A stretch of DNA of 56,031 bases, the filler included, from Sphacelaria rigidula (Eukaryota), in assembly GCA_964200075.2 (NCBI GenBank). It is 6 parts of 6 records of this genome, joined end to end, with 100 filler letters (N's around TTAATTAATTAA, not from the genome) between each part and the next. Parts side by side here need not be neighbours in the genome. Positions count along the whole stretch, not along the records: positions 28,069 to 37,323 come from CAXNAA020008912.1; positions 37,424 to 46,677 come from CAXNAA020008913.1; positions 46,778 to 56,031 come from CAXNAA020008914.1; 3 more parts are not named here. One strand, written 5' to 3'. The position numbers and the translations under genes are program-made. The notes below the pieces were generated by a model, which searched no databases, was not told where the DNA came from, and saw only the letters and a program-made list of their open reading frames with translations. Within the stretch, counting starts at the first letter, position 1. Each line of letters opens with the position of its first letter. Shown piece after piece: positions 36,589 through 56,031 of this stretch.

Positions 36589-37110
36589 ACATGTGTTCGT
36601 GTATCATTTCACATTTTTCACCACTTTTGCCGAGTTTTCTCTGACGACAAGACATTGTTTAACTCACTTTCTTCAGCAGCGCCCTAGGAAGGCTCAGCGG
36701 TACATTAACGTTGAGGTTTGGGTGTCATCTAGTACCTGTGGCGCGTGTTCTGGCCACCGAAAGTCGCTCAAAGTGGTCTTTTTCCGCGGGGTGTCGATCC
36801 TGAACCACAAGAACCTCTTCAAGATAATAGAAAGCTTGAAATAGGAATCCGAACCATAAAAGCCTGCTGAAGATCATGAAAAACTTCAAACAGTATTCCT
36901 TTTGGCAGGATATATTTCCCCCGTGTTTCTCTTTGTCCCGTTTTTGTTCATCTGGGAGCACGAACACACCGGTTATGCCGTCAATGTCACGAGAACATAA
37001 TAGTAAAGGAGTTGAAAACAATCGAACATTGCCTTGGCCTTAGTCAGCAGAAAACACAAAACCGTGCAAAGGACCGTTGGCGAGTTGAACAAGGCACAGC
37101 ACCACGGCAG
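36589..37110 (+). repeat. Dispersed ~500-bp repeat, copy A
   Basis: Imperfect reverse complement of 47620-48090 (TATCATTTC.CATTTTTCACCACTTTTGCCGAGTTTTCTCTG; GGGGTGTCGATCC; GAGTTGAACAAGGCACA). Confidence 0.85.
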
Positions 37111-37323
37111 CACAGGAATGTTTAGCCGCAAAAAACAATCACTCTGTTTTAAAGAAAGGCCCGTTGATGTGGAAGCCACAGTAACAGCCTAGATTCGCTA
37201 CTGAGGTTCAACATTTGAAAGAGTTTCAACTCGAAAACAGGGCTTTCCCTGACCTGAAGCCATGACCAATGAATTTCACATGGACGACCTCATGCCCCCC
37301 GAAATAGTTTTAAGAAGGTCGGG

Positions 37324-37423
37324 NNNNNNNNNNNNNNNNNNNNNNNNNNNNNNNNNNNNNNNNNNNNTTAATTAATTAANNNNNNNNNNNNNNNNNNNNN
37401 NNNNNNNNNNNNNNNNNNNNNNN
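37324..37423. other. Artificial contig linker
   Basis: N44-TTAATTAATTAA-N44. Confidence 0.97.
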
Positions 37424-46372
<8,949 letters not shown>

Positions 46373-46677
46373 CGTGCCGATCGAATGCCGGCTATGCTGG
46401 GAGTCGTCGTACTGGTCGAGCGACAGATCGCCCTATTTTGGTGGGGGTTTTTTCGTCGTGTGTTGTGTTGTCGCAAAGGGGAATATCGTTTGCGTGACAG
46501 AGCGCATGCGAAGACAATGGGGGAGGGGTAGGCACTTGAGTAATTGTGATCGTGGGCAGGCGGGGTCATGCAGGAGAGGAGGGCGCGCACGCGCACGCGC
46601 ACGCGCGGGGGATGGGGGGGAGGCGTACTCATTCGTTGCTTGCCTTAGTCGTTTGACCATTGACCACGCATCCCTTT

Positions 46678-46777
46678 NNNNNNNNNNNNNNNNNNNNNNN
46701 NNNNNNNNNNNNNNNNNNNNNTTAATTAATTAANNNNNNNNNNNNNNNNNNNNNNNNNNNNNNNNNNNNNNNNNNNN
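46678..46777. other. Artificial contig linker
   Basis: N44-TTAATTAATTAA-N44. Confidence 0.97.
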
Positions 46778-47619
46778 CGAACCCAACCATGGGATGATCG
46801 GAAGAGTTTGAATGCACAAACGATGAAAAGCCTATAACGGACTTTACTTATGGGACAGGGGAAGTATACACTTTTCAGACGGTGCAGTAGCGTACACTCG
46901 TGGCAGCACTGCAGGCAAGGAGGGAGCTACTGGATTGTTTCTGCTCTTCACTTCGAAACTGCGTATGTCTGCAAACGACGACCAACGTGCTTGGCCCCAA
47001 CAGCTCCAACACCGCTGCCAGGGCACACACGGTCTGGAAAAATAGACACCGCCAACTCGCGGTGCTTTTTACTCTGCGACATAGCCCAGGGTGTCAATAG
47101 CAAGGTTCCTGATGATTCTCGCATGCTTGCGAGCGCCACGGTGTCCGCCAAGGGCAGCTCTGCGGAGTATTGCGCTGCGACTCGAAATATTTAGCGTTCG
47201 CCAAACGTGGAAGGCTTGGCGGAAAAATCTAGCCGCTTCATTTTCGGAGAAGGCCAAGCGCCAGGTGCGAAAAGGCCCAAGATCTTGGCGATCCCCCAAA
47301 CTCTTTGTCGATAATAACGGCCGTTAAGAAACACTCTGCAACCCCTTGCCCGAGAGTTCTCGGTATGCCTTGGTCAATGTTGGGGTTAGGGTTAGCGTTA
47401 GGGTTCGTGGCATCTTCATAGTACCAACCATTGTACATTTCTTTAGGGATGCATCCTTGTCACAAGGACACATCTGTCATCCCTGTCACAAGGGCATCCC
47501 CGTGCCGGTACTTCGCAGGTGCATCCTTTGAGGGAACCCTCTCTTGCGGATTGCATGATTACAGGGATTTCGTCACCCCCCTGCACTGATCCTCCACAGC
47601 TGACCAACAGTGAGGACGT

Positions 47620-48090
47620 TTGCCCACGCGTGTGCCTTGTTCAACTCACCAACGGCTCATTGTACGGCCTTGTTTCGCTGGTGACTAAGACGAATGCAAT
47701 GTTCAATTGTTTCCAAGTTCTTTTTGCTCTCATGTTCTCGTGACACTCGCTGCATAACCGCTGTCTTCGTGCTCCCGAATCAACGAGAACGCAAAGAAAT
47801 ACCCCGCCATGAACAGGCTTTTGTTGTTTTGGTTCCTGTTTGAAGTTTTCGATCTTCGTGAAGAGGCTTTTGTGGTTCGGGATCGACACCCCGCGAAAAA
47901 GAGCCAGTGTGGGCGACTTTCGATGGACAGAACACGCGCCACAGGTATCAGATGACACCCAAACCCAAAGGGTAATGTACCGCTGCGCATTCTTCGTGCA
48001 CTGCAAAAGAGAACGCGGGATAAGATGCCCTGCCGCCAGAGAAAACTCGGCAAAAGTGGTGAAAAATGCGAAATGATACATGTATACATA
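47620..48090 (-). repeat. Dispersed ~500-bp repeat, copy B
   Basis: Reverse-complement match to 36589-37110; the spurious ORFs MYHFAFFTTFAEFSL / MFVYHFTFFTTFAEFSL align. Confidence 0.85.
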
Positions 48091-48491
48091 TGGTTGATGC
48101 GCACTTCACCGGGTATGGTAGATATTAAATATTTATATATATATATATATATATCTGTGCGGCGCATATGCACGTTCGGTCTCCCTCGTGTATCAAGACG
48201 GGCTGCGTTGTGCGCTTCTTGTCCAGATACAAGTGGCAACGTTTCATTTGCATCCGTTCGTGAACAATCCCGCAATATGAAGTGGATGGAGAAGCCAGCT
48301 ATGTTTTACTTGCGTCGGTGGTTATGTATGTTAAGCCTCTCCCCATGAAACACACACAAACACACACAACCTAAAGAGAGTAGGATGGCACAACCACAAA
48401 ACAATATTCACAAGCACAGACACGAGAAAATCCAGGAAATAGAAATGAAATCAAAATCAAAATGAAACAAAGTTTGGAATGTCAAACTTAC

Positions 48492-51400
48492 CTGCGTCAA
48501 AATCTGCCACACCACCACGATAATCTTCACCGCAGTCAGGGGAAACGCCTTCTTGAGATATTTCAGCGACCGGAAGTTCAGACCCCACGAGTTACGCGAT
48601 TTGTTCCGCCCCGGAGGCTCCACGATCGCCACAAGTCGGATCACCATCAAAGCCGCGAAGATGGTAACGGCAACGAACAGCGACCCGGATATGGCTAGTG
48701 CGCGCGACCTACTGCGGCCGACGCAGCTCTTACAACTGTTGCCATATCCTCTTGCAAAACCCTCGGAGCATACGGCGCAGTCTGCGTGTGATGTGGGTTG
48801 GTGGGGTGGAAGAAAGGGAACGTAATTAGGGTCGTTTTTGTCGGGGCGCTGATTTATGTCAGACGTTTTGACCTTTGTCGAGGAAAATAAATTTCTCCCC
48901 TCCCCCCCAAAATGTGATAGCAGCTTTTTCGACCGGGTGAAGGAATAGAAAAATTCAATATTGGTTACAGATTGCTCGGAAACCCTAGCGTTGGCTTTTT
49001 TTTTTTCTGTGGTTCAGCTCTTATTTTTTTTTAAGTCGGGAAAAATTACGAAAAAGTCGGAAACGTCGTCTCACGAAAACATCCCGTTGAGAACGAACCT
49101 TGGACGTAGATAAATACTGAGAGAATGACGCGCACACGTGTACAAGAAACCGCCGCGTGACACAAGGAAAGCGCTGTGCATTTGCAAGGTATATGGCTGA
49201 TGACCAGCTGTAATACCGCACTCGGTTGCATACCCGTCGTGTCAATCACAACTTCCTCATACATTAATGTTTCCGTCGGAAACAAGGGGGGTGTTCTCTT
49301 CACGTCCCACAGCGCAAGCATTCTACGGGTTTTCGAAGCCTCACAGGCCCCTTTTGTGTTCAGTTGAAGTTAGAGTACACTTGTTTCTTTTCTTCCGAGC
49401 CTCCCGTTCGTTCTAAAAATTTTGCGGCACAGTATACTCGCCCCACGCCCCCTTTCCCGCTCTTGCGGCACGGACCTCTCTGTCGGGACACGCCATCCGC
49501 CTCCAAGGGTAGGGCGGGAGGCTCCCTCTCTTCTATCTGTCTGGGCCACTGCTCGCCATACACTCGTTCTGACACGTTGAAAACACCACACACCCGAACA
49601 CGCTACTATACCGCTCAAGCATTTATTGCGTGTGCACTGAGCTACGCACCATGTTTACGCTAAAAATCGCAGCATTTGTTATTTTTCCGAGATCCGGGAG
49701 CTCATTCCTTAGTTCCGTTTCGCCTCATTTCGGGCCGCGTGTTGTGAATACCGACAGTATCATATCTCCAAGACCTGTTACCCATATCGGACGTAAAACA
49801 CACACACATACATATTCCGATCTTCTACGTGAAGCTCACCAAACCACACCGCATCACTAACCCTGTCCCTAACCCCGACGAACGCAGACCGAACACGCGG
49901 GCGGCGGCGGCCGTGCTCTATGTAGTCAAAGGATGCGTTGCTATACGGCGCCGGTTTGGGTGAGAGCGCATTTGCGACACGCCTGCCGCGCGTAGCACAG
50001 AAGCTTCTCTAAAGATGTGATCAACATACATGGCCCAGTATATCCCTCGGCACAGTAGTCGTTCGGCATCACTCCTCCCACGCAAGCCTCCTCCCGCAAG
50101 CACTCGCGTACGTCCGTGCTGGCCAGAGAGGATCTGAAAAACCCGGGCAGAATCTCAAGCGTATCGATCATACCCCCACGATCCCGTGTGGTCGATCCCT
50201 CCGGACACGCGCGGCAGACCGGGATCATGCTGCTAGGATTACCCATAACGGCCCCGGATTGAATGTCGCCCCCGCACTCGCTCGCACAACGCGCACACAC
50301 TGCAGCGAAACGGCAATCTTCCTGAAGTCGTTGAGAGGAGGGGTGGGGGGCGTCCGCGTTTCGTTTTCAACGAGCTCGATGGTGTACAGGCTGCAATGAG
50401 TGCGGAGCCAAGTGAGACATGAACGATCGTGCGAAGTTGGTCGCAGAGACCAGAATCCACGCGGAAATGAATCTCGAGGGTGGGTGGACACGGGTGGAGA
50501 CAACTGACTGCATGCATGCAGGGCATGATTGAATGATTGGGCAAAGCATATGCATGCAAAAAAATGTCAATACTGCGCGCTTTTTACGTAGGCCAGAAGG
50601 AAGTGATACTTGCTCATCATACACACATTGAAGAGGATAACTCGAACCGACACTTGATGGCAGACCACCATAATGGTCATTGCATATCAACGCAAGCGAT
50701 GTCTTTAATGGGGCAATAGAAGAGATGGAGTTTTATCTTCAAACTTCGGCCGAGACAAGCGTACACCCAAGGTTGGCCAACGGAAGACTGTATTGGTCGT
50801 CACAAGCCATCCCCGTCACATTCGCCATGTGTGAGGGCATACCCTCTCGTGACCTCCGGCACTTACTGTACTACTTTCCATCTATATCTCATATTTGTCC
50901 ACGCATGATGGTTTCTGCATTACTGCACGCTCGTATGCAGCAATCAAAACACGCCTTTTCATGGCAATATTCAGACGGCCGAAAACTGTTACGCAAAATA
51001 CCTCTTCGCAAGGCAAACCATTACTCTACAAAGACAAGCCCAAGCACCACGACACCCATAGTCTACACCAGACTTGTCCACCTACCTGACTACCCGTGGG
51101 ACACATGCCTTGGTTTTTGTCTTGTTTTTGTGACTGGCTTACTGCGTAGTAGGCGTTTTCTCAAACCTGTCGCAAAGATCCTCTGGAGACGACCGTGCTG
51201 AACTCACTACATGGATGGCTAGTAGAAGGGTCTCCGAAGAAAAGGAGTGATGAGACCTCGACACACACAACGTGGGAATGTCTATTTTTATGTATTGTAT
51301 TAGAGTATCAACACCCACGAAGGTCTTCACGGTCCCGACAGGGATGCAAGCGCAATCCAGGAAGCGGGCGCCGCGTCCTACGACCCATTTCCAGCTCGCT

Positions 51401-54400
51401 TTGGAATCCTACACCAACGCACATCAGGTCTATCAGGGCGTGAGATTCATGGGGCTAAAGCTTGCACTATGCTTTGGCCGAGCTAAATATAGCTGAGACA
51501 AAGGGAGATGCGAAAACAGCTAATTTGCGACCACTTGACGGATTCGGGCCTCGTCATTACCTGGTATGCTTCGCTGGAGTCCGCCTGGTGCTCAGTGGCG
51601 TCCAGGAGGTCTACCTCGGTGCCATAAAAGCCCAGATCGCAAATCTTATGATTCCCGGAAAAGACCACGTTCGACATCTCTTGGAGCTGCCCCAAGCTCA
51701 GGACGGCCGGGCCTTCATTCCCGGCACCGTTATCTGAAAACAGACAATTGCTCAGGTCTTCTAGCACCCCGGAGTGTACCAGTCCACCTCCCGAGAAATC
51801 TGGTCGAAAGTAAAGCGAACAGGAGAGTATAATATCAAACCATTGATTGTTTTGGAAGTAGGCCTGGAAAAGCCATCACGTTTCCAAATCTTCCGTCTCT
51901 AAACACGAGCAACGGGAGAGTCGCGCTACGGTCGGGGTGCTGGGCCGGCGTACTGAAGTCAGGTATATATACGTATATTATCGCGCACTCGCGCCGCGGT
52001 AGTGCAGTTAGGACGAAGCTACGCCTGAACGTGAGACGGTCCTCTCTTTATTTGAGACGGTCCCTCTCTAATGTTGTTGTTTTGTTTCACAACGCAAAAT
52101 TATGTCAAACAGGGTCTTTGCCGGAAAAAATGCACCCCTACAACAGTAGCACAACTCGGGGATAAAAACGTACAACAGGCGCGAAATGCTCGGGACTGCC
52201 CAAACTATTGAAAACATTCAACACAGACAGTGGTGCAACGACGTCTGGAACAGCGTCAGGCGGCACCGAACCTTCCCGCCGAAACCATCTGGGCGAAGTA
52301 CAGTGAAATAAAAAACAGCGGTAAGGTGGGGTGGGGTACCTCAACGCAGTGGGATCGGCCCCGTAGATTGGCGCGATATCACGATATCGCAGTCATCATC
52401 GCCGGGGAATCTCAAACGCCTCCCACGAGAGTTTTTTACATCAACCGCACCGAAATGAACTTGAAAAAGAGGAGCCTCACGTGCACGGAGGTCGAAGTTT
52501 GTGCGAGTCACAGCGCACTAGAGAAAAATTGTTTGCTACATCATTATCCAGTACATGCTGTGGCGTCGGTTTCTAGCAAACCCGCGTGGATTTGGGATAC
52601 GGTAACCGTTTTTGTTTCCTTTTCCATCCTTAACCTCAAAAACGCGTTTTGGATTTATTCTTCTCCGTCAACAATGGAGATTTTCGGGAATGCGCTATAC
52701 TTTTTCTTTAGTTTGTCAGTTCCATTTCTGTTCAAGTAAACATCAAGTGAAGCTCACACTCTAGAATACACCCTCTCCCCCCACGCAATACGTGGGAAAC
52801 CCAAAACGCTGCAAGAAATATTGTATTGCAAGTTTTCGGAATTGCCGAATTCATCAGATCTTTATGCTTCGACAAAAGACGAACGCGTTTCCGAAACTCT
52901 CTAGTATCGCCAGCGGGGTAGTGGACAGCAGCATCGCAGCGCTGAGACTATGCTGTACAAGTGGAACAGCATGCTTACAAGATTAGGGGCGGGTTTTGTT
53001 TTCTCAACAGGATTTTTTTCGTGATTTACACCAAGATGCTCCAATCGTCCAAAAAGGCCGTGAATCCCCCCGAAAAGCCCGTGATCCGACAGAACTTTTA
53101 GTGCAAAAAGGAATAAGATCGACGCGGTCAGTGCAGAGGTATGAGGAAGAGTGTGTCTAAACAGAGGAGGAAAACAAATCGCACATTTTCGCCCAGATCT
53201 CATGGAAGGTGTCACCGATTTCAAATTTAATTGCGCCAAATTTCCCGTGAGATCACGGGCTTTCAGGGCGGTGGCGGCCGTTTCGGACGATTTGACTTCC
53301 TTGGCGTCAAATCACGGCAAACCACCCGTTCCGGAAAAAAAAAAACGTTACTAATCTCACGAACATGCTCTGGGTACGACGTTTTCACCAGAACCTAATA
53401 TGATAGCACCATCAACCAACGTCACGAATAGCCTACGTAGAGCAGCACGAAACCTCCGGAGGGAGAGGACTACAACAATGATGTAGAATGGAGCACACCT
53501 TCTCCCACTGAGCGCTTCAATGCCTCGCTCCTCACATACCCCGACTGATCACCCTTGCCCCCCAAAACGCCAACTTTGAACGATCACGACCGTAGTCAAA
53601 GAGTCATACATCAGAACAATAATGTTCTCTTCAACCCCAACAGTGGGGCCAGATACCTACTCGGCAGGAAACCGTTGAAACATCAATATCAGCTGTACAT
53701 ATATGTAGTCACTTGGCAATGCTCTTCTCCCACCCGTCTGTCATAGCCAAGATAATTTTTGCATGGACAATACCCCAAGGATGATATAAATTTACGGCGC
53801 CACAACCTTACCACACCACCCTTTTCTTGTACTCTGCCTTTTTGTCAAAGCACGAACCTGCAACGTTGGCGGTGAAATTAGAGTCCTGGATAATGTCATA
53901 TCCCGCAACGCTATCTGCAACACAAGATAAAAAGAAAACGCAGCAGGACGTAGCAAAAAAGAAGAGCGCAAACAGGGGTCATCTCTATTTTTTGTTTTAC
54001 TTCAGAATTGTACAATCTTCGCGTCCCACAGTTCTCACGCCACCACCAATTTCATCCTAATTTTCTGAGTCGGTGCTAGAGTTTTTCTATGATAGCCCAC
54101 CCCCCCGCGAAAAGCGACGGGTCTGGGGAGACAAAATCTACATGTGGGTCGAAACGAAAAACTCCGAGCGCAACGAGAAGCTGGGAATGCCCACGCTCGG
54201 GTTCGTTTTCGCCAGTGTCGCCGACATGAAGCGCTTCATGCAGCCTGACGCTATCAGGCGCTGCATGACCATTGTTTTCGTGACAGTTCTGGGCTGTTTT
54301 GTTCGTTTGGGGGGGGGGGGCTATCGTAGAAAGACTCATTAATGCTTGCCCATCTCTCGAAGCAATCAGTGTGCGTCCTCGGTCCGAGTTCAGCGACAGA

Positions 54401-55077
54401 TATTGATCACCTCAATCAAGTTATACTTAATACGTCTCACCACGTTTGGTGGCCTCATAATGTTGCGGGCATACTACCCGTCTTTGGCTTGTGGGCTGGA
54501 ATGGACTTTAGGGCTGTGGCACATTTCGGTGTTTTGAAAGCCTTCTCTCGTACCCCGTTGACTGAGTAAAAATATTTCGGTCACCAAGTCGGAAACTTTA
54601 CTCAAAACCTGTAGCACTATACTCAGTAGCATTGAAATGCCGCAAAAAGTGACAACATTGGCGCTGTAAAGAAGACAGACGATTCTTGTTCGTTTTTTTG
54701 GCAAAAAACAAAAGAATGAAAGTCAGCAGGGAACCCCAAGCTCACAAATCTCACCGCCGTCCTGCGGAAATCATCCAGGTATCGCGTCTGAAGTTAGTAA
54801 CGAATCGCCACGACATGTTCGCGACGAACGCTTCATCGAAAAAGCTCACGGACATTGACTTGGAAACGAAAAAGGTCGATCCAAAACGCGAAGAAAATAT
54901 ACTCACAAAGTCCGCCGCCATCTTCGAACGCGTGGTTCCCCGAAAACATGCACCCATCGTAAAAGGCAGCAGAGACTGTGGATGAAATTGCAGAGCTGGC
55001 TCCCGACTCAGGAACCGAGGCAGACGACGTTGCCGAGGAAGAAGAAACCACGCCCGACGAAAACGAGCCCACGCCGC
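48492..55077 (-). CDS. Polymorphic-membrane-protein (Pmp) repeat / adhesin-like transmembrane protein, internal exons 55077-54907, 53914-53858, 51799-51561, 50321-50030, 48781-48492
   Basis: Five exons splice in frame (T|AT, G|AT, phase 0, T|AC). They give FxxN/GG motifs (FSGNHAFEDGGGLY, FTANVADFSGGGL, FSDNGAGNEGPAV), a Cys-rich region (PGFFRSS..ECLREEACVGG..YCAEGYTGPYCAVCSEGF..CKSC), a hydrophobic helix, and KIIVVVWQILTQ at the start of a multi-pass membrane region. Confidence 0.85.
53020..53320. mobile_element. MITE-like inverted repeat in an intron
   Basis: CGTGATTTACACCAAG..AATCGTCCAAAAAGGCCG..AAAGCCCGTGATC (53020-53087) pairs with GATCACGGGCTTT..CGGCCGTTTCGGACGATTT..CTTGGCGTCAAATCACG (53251-53317). 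Confidence 0.65.
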
Positions 55078-56031
55078 CTGAGTCGTTAAACGGGCGAGGG
55101 GTGTCGGGTATGGCGTGTGATCCCACCTATGACCTATGACCCAGAGCAGCAGGTGTTGAAACAGGTCGCTGTTCATGCGCGCGGTTCCGGTGTGCATTCA
55201 AGAGTGTGAGTACTGTACGTTCGTTTCTGGGAATACCTTACGTTCAAAGAACCGAAATCTTCGGTAAACTAAAACGTTTTTTCGAAAGGTAGTTGTAAAG
55301 AGAAAAAAATGTTTTCAGGTACACACACAGGGAGTATGCGGTTAGATTTCGCTCTCTGTATCGACGGTATTTTATAATAAAGCGGGACGTATTTGGAAGC
55401 CGCAGATCATCATTCACATACATCAAGGAAATGATCAGAACTGCGCTGTATAATGGGGGGGAGATGGGTCGATCCCTTGAGACCACGGACTCAGCCCGAG
55501 GAAGGGGAGGGGTTCAAAGTGCGACAAATAATATAAAAAAGGCTGCTGTTTGGCGTTAAGCCCCCCCCCCCCCCCCCCCCCGTTAGTAGAACAGCGTAAG
55601 CAACAGCCAGCGAAGGTTATACGATGGAAATGATGAAAAGCACACCCCGCTTTGCAACTGATTGGGGACGAAAAGGGGAGGGGACGGCAGCACGGAAACT
55701 GATATACCCGTGTCTTGTCCTGTCGATTGTTGACTTGTTTCCCTGGCTCACAGCCTCAGCGATGTTTCCTAAATGTCGTGCTTCCCGTGCACGCTCGTTC
55801 GTTGCCCCTAGGTTCCTTTTCTTCATTATTTTTCCTCGCCTACTGTTTTTCCTCTTGTCCTCTTTTCTGCGATCTCTTGCGGGGTCACTCCGTGACTAAC
55901 GCCACGCAGCAGGGGCCTGTCAGGGATTTCCTCGGAAAAGCCATGCTATGACAGGGGGGGGGGGGGGGCCGACCCCACGAAACAATGTGCTCATATATGC
56001 GTAAAACCACCAAAAACACTCGCGGTGCGCT

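Noticed and set aside
47382-47405. Telomere
   Set aside because: Only about four imperfect TTAGGG units, internal to the contig and part of a dispersed repeat.

Overview
Eukaryotic, intron-rich DNA, most likely from a brown alga (Phaeophyceae). This is an inference from the gene families, GT-AG intron style and transposon types. The window is not one locus: it is six contigs of near-identical, descending length (1-9256, 9357-18612, 18713-27968, 28069-37323, 37424-46677, 46778-56031) joined by artificial N44-TTAATTAATTAA-N44 linkers. Contig 1 holds a divergent pair of spliced genes (EEF1AKMT4/METTL13-like methyltransferase on -, ankyrin + fibronectin-III protein on +) plus MITE/foldback repeats. 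Contig 2 holds a decayed Ty3/Gypsy chromovirus pol and fragments of a transposase-like spliced gene. Contig 3 holds a decayed Ty1/Copia gag-PR-IN, an RTE-like LINE and MITEs. Contig 4 holds a hAT/BED-like fragment, a Stowaway-type mariner derivative, a tRNA-derived SINE and tandem repeats. Contig 5 holds the 5' part of a very large formin with an unusual architecture (intron-split PHD finger, ~1200-aa disordered spacer, eight CCDC53/WASHC3-like repeats, FH1, start of FH2); this is the most interesting feature. Contig 6 holds five exons of a Pmp-repeat/adhesin-like membrane protein. Exon boundaries were read by eye from splice signals and frame continuity; no database search was run.
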